64,000 nucleotides of DNA, taken from assembly GCF_964355755.1 (NCBI RefSeq), contig NC_092673.1:23681648-23745647 (forward strand), read 5' to 3'. Positions 1 to 11,345 of this stretch are shown here, in pieces. This DNA is from Antedon mediterranea. Taxonomy: Eukaryota > Animalia > Echinodermata. The notes beneath the pieces were generated by a model that searched no databases, had not been told where the DNA came from, and saw only the letters and a list, made by a program, of their open reading frames with translations. The translations under genes and the position numbers were made by a program. Each line of letters starts with the position of its first letter. Position 1 is the first letter of the stretch.

Positions 1-521
1 GGATTGCGTCTTAAATAAGTTCGCAGTTCGAATCAAACGTAAGTGTCAACAACATTAATGTTGATTCCTCACTATAAAGTTGAACTCTATAGAATAGCTT
101 TAGGTGTGTAAAGGATAGTTTGTTTATTACTTCTTAATATAAATGAGTTCGCAGTTCGAATCCCTTCGGATACAAGTTTATCGTGTTGACGTGATGGAGC
201 AGTAATGTCAAATAAAGTCATTTTCACATTTGTACACATTTATTAGAAAGTTTTATGATAAATCAAATTTTGAAAGGAATAAACACTCCTTTGTCCTCAT
301 TAGAATAATCCTTTTCTACACAAGATTTTCAATAACCTTTATTTAAAAACTGTTTTTTGCCACTGTTGAGAGAACTCAACTCCACAATTTCAAACAATGT
401 TTCTAATCTGTTTTGACATGAATAATTATAAATTAACTTTAACATTAACATTCGATCGCGTATTGACGTGTTGCGCACACAATGGGCCATCTATAGATGC
501 TGTAATTGTATATGACTTTCT

Positions 522-763
522 TAGTCCAGGACTAGTTTTCCCAGGTTTCATGAATACCGTATCAAATATAGTCCAGGACTAATACTTAGTCCTGGACTAA
601 TTAGTCCAGGTTTAACGAATACCGTATCAAAGATAGTGCAGGACTACTAATACTTAGTCCTGGACTAATAATACTTAGTCCTGGACTAATACTTAGTCCT
701 GGACTAGATAGTCGAAGACTAAAGATAGTCCATGACTAAAGATAGTCCCCTTTCATGAATACG
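522..763. repeat. Array of palindromic TAGTCC(A/T)GGACTA subrepeats, probably the remnant of a non-autonomous DNA transposon
   Basis: Repeated TAGTCCAGGACTA/TAGTCCTGGACTA units interleaved with ATACT and GAATACCGTATCAAA blocks. Confidence 0.7.
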
Positions 764-3661
764 TAGCAAGCGCAAGTGTACTCTCTAGTTATTTTCAATT
801 CAATAACATGGCCTTACTGTGTGTATTCTAATAGGGACTTATTGCTATAGGCCTATTAATAGAACCTTATCGTATAAAAGTCTTGAAAAATCTTGAAGTT
901 TTGTAACTACTGTACTAATAATTGTTTGTATGGTAGATGACGTCACCTACTGTATGCCACATGACTTATAGCCTCTATTTCAATTGCTTATGCGTGTCGT
1001 GTGCATAGTAGATGAAGTGGATGTAGGCCTACACTCGTTTTAATACCCTTTAAGATTACTTCATAGTGTTCATGATACTATATCCGTTGAGAGCTATAAC
1101 TGTGTAAAACAACATGTTCTTATTTCAAGACTGTCACGTTTTGTTATGTATGCCATATTTAATGACAATCTTAATTTGTATATTGATAGAATATATACAG
1201 TATAAAATAGATTGCAAAATTTGTGTTGTATAATAAAAGATAGTAATATTGTGTAGGTTTTTTTTATTGATTTTTAACATATAGATTAATATAAATAATA
1301 ATAATTACAAAGTCAATTTGAATTGCAAGTAAGGATAATAAAATACAAGTTTATATATAGAAAACTAATAACCATAATTTGCTTTTTTGCTAAATCTCGT
1401 AAATATTAATTATCATTATAACGTTGCGTGTTTGATTTTGTTTTTTTGCTATAATTTTCCATATAATTTACATACAAAACAACATGGGATTTCACATTTA
1501 CATCCTAAGTGATTCCTTCCACACAAAAGCAATTAACCGCTTAATTTAAATAATTTTATATTTTATAGAAAAGCTCTAAATAAAAAGTATTATATCTAAA
1601 GATTTATCATTATAAGTTTTATCACCTTTTCATTACTTTATTAAACATGAATATCAATAATAATAATAATATAGATATTAAGCAAGAATAACGTAAGTTA
1701 AAGCTGTGATCTCCCCAAGTTTGATATTTTCGGTCTAAGGTCTAAGCTATGTATTTTTCCAGATGGGGACACCAGCCTGACATACTAAACCCAAGAACTG
1801 CTCCAACAAATCCTTTAATAAATCGCAAGTAAGTGAAGTGAAATCCCCTATTTTGTTAGATGTCATTTCATCCCTTGCATGATGTATGTTAAATGGCCGT
1901 GGCAATTTTTAAAATTGTCGAAATTCAAATTCAATTAAAATGGTTTGCATACTGTATTTACACACGTTTTTCACAAGATGTGCAACAACATTATAACTCT
2001 AAACCTATCTTTATAAAGAGTTACAAACGAAATTAGTGTAAATAACTTATAACGTTTGTTTCTTTCCTTCACTTGATAAGATAAAGTTTCTGTAAAATTG
2101 CTTTGCTGTAACGTTTCAACGCTTATTCAAAGATACACACGAAGTAAGTGATAGATTTACTAATTTTGATTCAATGTAAACAGTTCGAACATATTGGCCT
2201 ACAGTGGATTGTGTATATCAAAATATTCAGGAGTGAATGTGAATGTTCCCCAGATTCCGTCTTTCTGATATATGAAAGTTTGCAAAAAAAGAGAGATAAA
2301 CTAGATTGAATATTAAATTAGTCTTAATGCCGATCAAATTATTTAAAAGGACGCCTACACCAAGTAAACCTACTTGTGGAACAAGTGATGTTCCTCTTTG
2401 ATCAATTTCTTTGATATTTTCTATTCTAGTCTTACCAGAAATGTAGAAATATTAAAAAAATAATTTTACGAAATTTGAACTGATCTTTACGCCTTTGAAA
2501 AGGTGTTTCCAACTTTGTTGTTTTACGAGCTTGGGCTTATTAAACCAGAAAAGACTGTAGATGTTGGTAGTGACAAAGATATGTATGCAAGGACATCAAA
2601 CAGGCATATAGAGCAGTTGAAACAAAGTACACAGTCTCTAAAGTCTCTTTAAAAATAGACCAGTAGGCCTATAACTTTGGCTGAAGACCTTGTTGGTCTA
2701 TTTCATTTATTCATTGTATACTGTACATTGGAACTTGTTAACAATATTATATATAGTATTTTTGTAGGCCATACAGTACATTAACATTAAATCCATCAAT
2801 CCAATTAACCTTATAAACATAAGACATAATGTTATATATTCAGTTTACCATTAAATTAGCTTTAGGTGCTTGCATGCTTTCACAGTGGCTGTCGCATGAA
2901 TTGTCTCACGCTGTCACTTTGGCAACGCCCAATGTCTAATAGACGCCTTTATTATATCAACAATTATATTTATATATTAGTAATGTATTCCCATATCGTG
3001 TTCAATTAGGCATATCTTGTAAGATTGTGTAGGCCATATAGATGACATTAGCAGGCCAGATTAAACTCATCCATCTAAATTGACCTCAATGGCATTCAAC
3101 GCGTACACCAATATTTTATTATCAAATTAATTTCACAACGTGTTTGCATGCTTTATGTTTATGGTTCAATATTAAAACTTGCACATAATTTGTCCAAGTT
3201 CAGACGTTTATTTGTTTATTTATTTTCAAGATGTTTTCATTTTCAACATGTACAAAAATACAAGATATTTTATCACTTTTATTCTTAAAAACATTGTAAA
3301 AACAACACATTTGGAAATGTTCAATGCCAAGTGCTACATTAAGTTAAAATTAGATAACGAAACAAAAGAACAGAAAAATCTTTGTATAACATTATTATTG
3401 TTCTAACACGCCATGGACAACGAATATCGTTTAAATAACCATTGTACCATTATAATACTTAATCCCTTATAAAATATACAATATTAATGTTTAAAATATT
3501 TACGCAAAAAGTTCAGATATAAAAATGCGAAATAATCACGATCATCAATGGGAAAATATGCAGTTTACTTCTAATGATACCGTACTATTACTCAATTGGT
3601 TCATGCTCCGATATTGTTTGTTTGCGGGGGAGAGGGGGGGTCTTTTTTCTTTATCTTTTTA

Positions 3662-3746
3662 TCTTCTTCTTCTTCTTCTTCTTCTTCTTCTTTTTCTTTT
3701 CTTCTTCTTCTTCTTCTTCTTCTTCTTCTTCTTCTTCTTCTTCTTC
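3662..3746 (+). repeat. (CTT)n microsatellite
   Basis: Nearly pure TCT/CTT run; explains the poly-F/L/S ORFs at 3525-3809. Confidence 0.95.
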
Positions 3747-4197
3747 TTTTTATTCTTTTTTTGTGTAAACAAATTTAATCGTGATAAATGTAATCAAACG
3801 ATATTTTAGAACCGTAATCTGTGCAGGATAAATTAGTATCTTCAGTTTCGTTTTTCCTGAGTTCTTCTATAAAATGTCCATCTAATATTAAAGACTTTTT
3901 AGTGAGGCTCACACTGCCGGAGATCTGAGACTGTATAATGAGGGAGAGGCATGAAGAACATAACATAATATTTTATTCATTGTCTCAGAATCTTGTTTCT
4001 GTTTTTTCCCGAAATGTCATTGGCGTTTGCCGTCGGGCTCCAGATTCGCCACGAATCACTCATTTTTAATATTTTATTTTTATCGTGTAAAGGCGAATTT
4101 GATTTAATGAAAGCACATTATTTCCATTGATATTAATAAACTGTATTACTACTAATCTCTTTGTATATTAATCGAATGTGTCTCTTTTTCTTTTCAG

Positions 4198-4918
4198 AAC
4201 GTTGAGGTCTTCGGTGGTGATTTTAGCATGTATTTGGTTAATTGCCTGTACCACACAGGTCCCAGTCATAATCTATAATACATCTCTTGAATTACCCGAT
4301 GGTTCGTGGACAATATGTGTTGAATTGTGGCCTCATGCTGGAGCAAAGGCTTACTACAATATCTCGTACACGTTAACTTTCTACGTTGCTCCTCTTGTAG
4401 TTATCGGCGTCTGTTACGGACGAATGGCAAAATTGTTGTGGCATAGTTTTAGTCCTCAGTACGGTGACACTGAAGTTGTCGCCACGCAAATGTTCATGCG
4501 TAGAAAGATAGCAGTGATGATTCTCATTGTTGTCATTTGTTTCGCGGCCTGCTGGTTCACTTATCACTTTCACGACGTGTTAGTCGCGTTGGATTACCTT
4601 CCTTATCTATCGTTTAATCAGATACGTATTATATCACGCGCCGGGCGTTTTCTGGGTGCCATGAATAGCGCGCTTAACCCATTTCTGTACGCGTTTCTCA
4701 GCGAGAATTTCAGACGCTGTTTCTACCGAGCTTTCCCCTGCGTTTCAAAATTGAGCATTGGATCCTCGAGTTTTGTTCAGAGAGATCCCGATGAGAAAAC
4801 AACGTATTCACGAAGGAGCGTTGTTGGACGATACAATACTACAAGTAGAGCAACGCGGTTGACGAGCATACGAAGCGTTCGTCATGAGTCTGGTAGCCCA
4901 AAGCCACAGCAGATTTAA
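4198..4918 (+). CDS. Terminal coding exon (TM4-TM7 and C-tail) of a class A neuropeptide GPCR, kisspeptin/galanin/allatostatin-A receptor-like (GPCR-1). The first exon lies upstream of the window.
   Basis: Polypyrimidine tract and acceptor TTTTCAG ending at 4197, phase 2 (AG|A = R, then TLRSSVV). Motifs: TM4 CIW, ECL2 CVELWP, TM5 YVAPL..CYGRM, TM6 CFAACWF, TM7 NSALNPFLYAFLSENFRR. Stop TAA at 4916-4918. Confidence 0.9.
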
Positions 4919-5670
4919 GTGAAATAATACACGCAAATGCTACAGAACACGTGTATAATTAAGATAAAAAGAAGGGTTTTGGTTTTTGTGGTATCAGTAC
5001 AAAATGTAATCCATTATTATACACATTAGTTGTATGTGAATTCACTGTAAAATACCATTAATTTTACGTATAAGTTTGTAGTATTCACATTTTTAAAACA
5101 ACAGAGCAGATTTTAATTATAAAGACGTCTTGAACCTATAGATTAGATCCAAAACTTCCTTAGCTATAGGCCTACGAAAAATGTGACTTATTTAAACATG
5201 ATAGAGCAAATGCTTATGCAAATGAATCCATGTTCGTACGGTTAAACAAAGCATGGCACTAACTAAGTTTAACAATCATGATATCAAAAAGGCCTACTAA
5301 AGGTGTAAAACTTTTTGTAAGAATTATTTATATTTTTACGCCTACAGACTCGAGACATGACGTTGACCCGACACAAACAATATGATAAATAGTGTATAAT
5401 AGAACCTGTTGAAGTGTCCCCCTTAATATGAGTGCCCACTATATTGGGATTATATAGTGTTATGACAATAATATTTTCCCTCATTCGTTAAACGATTATG
5501 GGTTTAAATTAAGAGGGTTTTCCGAAGAAATCTTTCTACTGTATCTAAACTATTATGCTTTAAATTTGGTTGACTATCGCTACGTATACAAAAGACACGG
5601 CTAACTGACCCGACTACTGACATAGACGTTTTTAAATACATGGTGTGTATATATATATATATATATAATA

Positions 5671-5865
5671 TAAATCCAAAGGCAAATTACTGAAAAAAAT
5701 GACAATGCTGTGGGTAACAGTGGCTGGATCTCAATGGAGATACAAAAATAAAAAGCGAAAAGCTAAATCAAAACGATAAAGTAAACAGCCAGAAAAGTTA
5801 GCAGAGCTTTCGGGCAACACTAGCCCTTCATCAGTGCAAGTGAAGGAATTTGGATAACGTCATAG
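5671..5865 (-). mobile_element. Probable Penelope-like element terminal fragment inserted in a (TA)n microsatellite
   Basis: ~190 bp unique block flanked on both sides by (TA)n runs and carrying a minimal hammerhead motif, a known combination for PLE pseudo-LTRs. Confidence 0.55.
5801..5837 (-). ncRNA. Minimal type I hammerhead ribozyme (PLE-type)
   Basis: Minus strand reads GCA-CTGATGA-A-GGGC-TAGTGTT-GCCC-GAA-AGCT-C-TGC: core, helix II, palindromic AGCT in place of helix III, helix I GCA/TGC. Confidence 0.7.
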
Positions 5866-6663
5866 TATAATATATATATATAAACACAACAGGCAAAGAA
5901 CATTAATTCTATATATATATAATAAATCAGACAAAGAACATTAATTGTAAACCGCCCGGTGATATACTGAAATTTAATTAATTAATTATATATATATAGT
6001 ATGGATGACAGAAAAATCAGGACAAATGACTGTGACCAACCTAGTACGGGACAAATGTTACTCTGTTCATAGCGCTCTGTTCACGGCGTTCTGTTCGACA
6101 ATTCTATTCTATATTTGAATTATTGAAGTGAAAGATGTGCATGTGACATTCGATTGGTATAATGCTCTGTTAAAAGACTGCTTTTGGAATAAACATGTAT
6201 ATGTGTGCATTACTTTTATCATTAATTATATCGTCGGGCTCTGAAATAATTTGTATATACCGTATTTGTAAATAAAGAAAAGAACAAAGTTTCAACCTAT
6301 AAGGCCTATTAGAAAAACAACCTGCTGAAGATTGGGAGGATAATGGTGTATTATTATACAGAACGTTGAATAATTCAACATCGTATTCTCTGTTATGCTA
6401 AAAGTTCGATCGTACAATACAAATGATGTACAAATGTAGGAATGTAAAATAAGCTGTGCTTTACTTCACCCAAAGGAATTATAACATAAAACTAGTTTAG
6501 AAATATGCCAAACTAGTTTAGAATAGGCCTATATCAGTAACATAAGATAATTAACAATACCGTTAATTGTATCACTGCAACTAGCGTCGACGGTTCCAAT
6601 GGTTGAATTCCGGTAAATAAACTCTTACTCAATTCTTACTTATTTTTCTACTTTACAGAACAC

Positions 6664-6840
6664 TAATTCAATTCAATTCAGTTCAACTTTTATTTCAGAC
6701 AAACTGTAGGCCTATGATACATAATACAAACAAAATGAATAAAATACAAAGCCATCAGCAAATGATGAAGGAGAGAGTACCAATAATTATATGATCAATA
6801 TTATTTATAGTGCCTCTCTCCATTTAAAATACATTCTGGA
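6664..6840 (-). mobile_element. 3' tail of a non-LTR retroelement with (TTGAA)n end, copy 1
   Basis: Reverse complement aligns to 18381-18540 (GAGGCACTATA...CAGTTTGTCTGAAATAAA...(TTGAA)n). Confidence 0.7.
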
Positions 6841-7151
6841 ATCCATCGATATATTTATTATACAATTCGTAATTTGTTATTTTTGCTTTTTATTATTCTG
6901 ACAAGAATACAGTAAATTGACAGCCTCAAATATTCGTAGAAGGATGAAAAATCCAAGATGGCGGCCAAAATGGGGTCGGGAAAAATTGGCCCCCAGTTGC
7001 AATGAATTCTGCTGGTCCCAAGGATTCAAAAACTGCCAAGAACTCAACTTGAGCACTAAAATCTCACGGAATTACATTAGGTTCCCCACTAAAATGTCTC
7101 GCACTGAAGTATCTTGGTTGGCTTAACAGCACGCAGGATTTCCACCTTTAC

Positions 7152-7277
7152 GCTTGGTTCCCACTATGACAACGCAAGTACGTTCGTAAGCGCAACGCAA
7201 CTAATATGACCAATTACGACATGGTGGATCATCCGAACTCTCGCTTATCATTGGTCAACTAGTAGGAACCAAGCTTT
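7152..7277. mobile_element. PIF/Harbinger-like MITE, family B; degenerate relatives at ~16145-16262 and ~41670-41810
   Basis: TIR GCTTGGTTCCCACT / AGTAGGAACCAAGC; internal GTAAGCGCAACGCA and ACCAATCACAAG-like blocks recur in the other copies. Confidence 0.6.
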
Positions 7278-10200
7278 CAGAAGGTTAATTGAATAAATTT
7301 GCTTATAGTTATCATTGGCAAATTCCTAAGTAGGAGTGGGGAATGAGAATAGTTAAAATTTTATTTATCCTCACTTCAACGATACAGGTAAATGTGTGAA
7401 ATTATTTTTTTTTTTTTTGGATTTTTAAAACTTGAATTACACTTTTGAGACATTTATGGGCTGAAATTACTCTTTTAAGGGTATTATAAAATTTAAATTC
7501 AAATCAAACATTCTTTTAGTATACTTATGTCACACCAATATTAATGGAATTAAGGATAGACGACGCATTTAAATCTTATCCATGCTACCTAAGACATTTT
7601 TTATCAAATGTTAGCCTTGAAATATTTAAATATTTAATTCGTACCTTACAGGTAATCGAACTTACTGTAATTATTTGATGATTATTGTATGATTAATCAA
7701 TTTGTTTTTGAATGATAAAATCATTTATTCCATCCGTAATTTATTTTGACTAATTTCAGCCTGGATAGAGAAAACAATTATTACTCTTGAGACATTAAGG
7801 TGTTTATTTATTCTTTGTTTTTAAAATATGTTTTATGTCGTAACCAAAACGAACGTCGAATTGATATCACGTAATATTATATAACTTCCAATCTATATTA
7901 CTCTTAATCAAATATTTTTGAGTACACGTTTGAGAATACCACATTGAATTGACAAAGTCACGTGTTTTATTATTTAATCAAACTATAACCATTGTTACGA
8001 TGACATCCAGTCTTGGTTTATGTGCGAACCATTACGAGGAGACGTCATCCAATAGTTAAGTTATGCAATTCAAACAGACTATATGTCTACACTTTTTTTG
8101 TTGACGTATTCTATAAGTAAACTAATGTATTTTCTGTTATATATTAAAGCTTTGTTCCCACTAGTAGAATACGAAACGTATCAATACATGTTGCTCCCTC
8201 TCTTACGACAAGTTGAATCAATAGTTTTGCGACGCACGCAACGCAGAAAATGGTGTTCGGTTTTCACCACTTGTGACGTCACGCGCAATGTGATGTCCTT
8301 ACGGTACATTATTGCGTCGATACTGTTGTCTGCGTCTTTAAATTGCGTCATAGTGGGGACCAAAGTTACAGAATCATGTGTCAAAACTATTCTATTGTAG
8401 GTACTGCGGTAATTACATAATTTACGTGTATTTTTTTTAATTTGTTTCAATATGGAATTTTATGTATACGTATACGTATATGTTTGATTATCCGAAACAG
8501 CTCCTTGCTAAATGATTGTATAAATCGGTTAAAAGTAAACAAAATTTAGTAACTGTGGTAGAATAATTTTGACATGGTCCCTAAAATAGACCAAATTAAA
8601 TTTAGCTGTAATTATTGATATTGTACATGTGTAGATACTAAGGTTTTCTTGTATTGTGAATACTATTGACTTTGTTGCTATCATTATTGTTATATTTTGT
8701 GAAACAAGTGAAATAAAAACATTGGCTATACTTCTAGATCATTATGTGTATTCTTATTTATTCAAACCAATATCTCATTTTTTTACATAAACGATGCAAT
8801 ACACATAATTATTAAAATATTAAATAATAATTTAAATATTGTGCAAAGCATCAAATCGCTTAACAGAAAACATTTTTACAAAATATACAAATTAAAATTA
8901 TTTTTATTGTATTATAAATGGAAAATAGGCTGCTTCAAAGATAAACTACATATTATAAACTACACTACACCATTTAAATCTCTCAAAAACCTTTTTTTTA
9001 AATATTAATATTATACATTATAAAGGTCTACTTTTATACATTTTAAATCCAGTATAATCTGTGATCAGAAAATCGATTTGTCATCACAGGTAAACCAGAT
9101 GGCGTATTAATATATTTATCACCATCCCTTCCTTGCAAGACGATTTTAGAACGCCGGCTGATCTTTCTTTTTGTATTTTGAATGTAAAAGCTTAACGTCA
9201 TAAAACACACATCTCATCAATTGTCATACGTTTCTTATGAGGTAAGGTGTGATTGAAGTTCATTTTCTTGTACGTTTCTGTTTTGCTTTTTTTTTGTTGC
9301 ACAAACGTTAGTCCTACTTGTAGGCCTTGAGACATCAGCCGCATTTCTCAGCCGTTGTATGCTATTACCATAATAGTGTCGGTAGCATTACAGGAACGCT
9401 TAACCGACTCCATCATTAATTCAAAGCCGGACGTTTAGAATACTAATATAAATAACAGAGACCGTCCATTACTTTGAATGAGATTGTTATTGAAGAAATT
9501 TAAACAACACACCAGAGACCATTCCTTAAGGTATATTTAATAAGTCTAATCCTTTCGCAAAGATAAAGATGGGCTTCTAATATCACTTCAGATTATCGAT
9601 ATAATTACAGGGTAATCTTTTAAATACTTTATTAAAAACTACTATCAGGGGCATACACAGTTATTAAAAGTTTGGGTCGTAAATAACGATCGTGTTTTTT
9701 TTTTATAAGTTTAGTTTGGTCTAGATAAAAGATAGGTACGAGCTCAACATGAAGTACAGCAGAAATACATAGCATGTGCTCTGTTTTTCTATGAACATCA
9801 CATCGTTAGGATGTCTTTTAGAAGGGTTTTATAGATTGTATATATTTTATCAAAATCACAATTATCTCATCACTTGATACATCGCATGTACGCAATTTAA
9901 ATACATGTCTTGTGATTCCAAGTGAACCAAGTACCAACAGCAACACAAACGTTTGATAATATCCAAAGTTATAAAAAGTATATTATTCTCACTGGTAGCG
10001 CTGTTCTTCGATATAGAGGGCGCTTTTCACAGAGACGGCATAATTCACATATGAGCAGGAAAAATTTCACTCTTCTGCTTCGAGTCTTAGAAACAGTACG
10101 GTAAAAGCGTTACAGAAAGCTATCTTCAAGCCTAAACACGATGTACCGATGAACGATTTGTAACAGTACCAATATTAACACAAACATCTCCAAAGTTTGT

Positions 10201-11064
10201 ATGTAGAATTATTTACTGGTGGCGCTTTTTTCTATATAGAGGGCGTTTGTCCCATAGAGACAGCAGATGGCTCTGATAGACATAATAATGAAAGCCAGCG
10301 TTACAGAAGGCATTTGCAAAATAAAAAGGTGTACCGTACACGGAGGCTAATTTCATGTATCGTAGAAGAATTGTTAAAAAGATTTTGTGTAAATAAAGTG
10401 AAACAATAGTTAATTTTATCTGATAAAGAAATCTTTGCTTTGATGTTAGTATAGGCCTACTAAAACAGATACAAAATCACTTAAACATTAAACTAGGAGT
10501 CTATATTATTCATAAAAAAGGAAGAAAACAATAACATAAGGTAATAGGGTAGTATTAATTTGTTCTATTATAAATGTCATTTTACATGTTTTTCTGTTTA
10601 TTTATTGAAAGCTATTAATGTAACTATGAATAGAATATTATAATATTATCTATTCATATTTCCATCTTACACTTGTAACTTCTAAGTAGTGATCGTGTAT
10701 ATTATAGCAAATATGTAATTTGTTCGAAGGTCATTGAAGTCATATCATATTAATGTTATCTGTGAACTACCGGCAACACATAGTTCGCGGTATTATTGAA
10801 GTGTTCCGAACGATGGACACGTGTAGCAATGTGGACAAATTACTCAGTAATATTAAAGACCTTGAAGATATTTTGAAGATTAGAAACGTATTGTTTATTA
10901 TATGTATATCTTTTTTTCTATTTATTTTATTCCCGCTAGGCTTTAACATATCCATGCTGTTCAACGGGGAAAGATGTTTTCTGGAGGCCTATCACTAGTT
11001 CAATGCTGAGCGGTCTTTCTCTCTCTTCCACAAATTCATAAAATAAAATGCACAAAAAAAATTA

Positions 11065-11345
11065 CTAATAATAATAATATTCGATTTTTTTTTATATAGC
11101 GCTTATTGCACAATGCTTTAAGTGCTTCATCCAGTCAAACACGTATGGAAACATACTCCTATAATGCAGCTAGTAACCAGCGCAAAGTTGTGTCTTGATC
11201 TAACCAGGTTCCCATTTATGCACCTGGGTGGAGAGAGGCAAACGTAAGTAAAGTATCTTGCCTAAGGATACAAACAATGCGGCGAAAGTTGGATTCGAAC
11301 CTCAATCTCACGATCAGTAGGCCAACGTCCAACACACTGCGACAC
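11065..11345 (-). mobile_element. tRNA-derived SINE with CORE/V-like central domain and L2-like tail
   Basis: Minus strand: tRNA-like head with B box GGTTCGAATCC; central TCCTTAGGCAAGATACTTTAC...CTCTCTCCACCCAGGTGCATAAATGGG; tail AAGCGCTATATAAA followed by (ATT)n. Confidence 0.8.

Noticed and set aside
18-165. Two AGTTCGCAGTTCGAATC tRNA T-arm-like motifs; similar B-box fragments near 14005 and 14290
   Set aside because: No cloverleaf; likely SINE debris, not tRNA genes
3525-3809. Poly-F/L/S ORFs
   Set aside because: Translations of the (CTT)n microsatellite
1-4197. Search for GPCR-1 exon 1 (TM1-TM3)
   Set aside because: No suitable ORF in the track or by eye; presumed upstream of the window, although an orphan exon cannot be excluded
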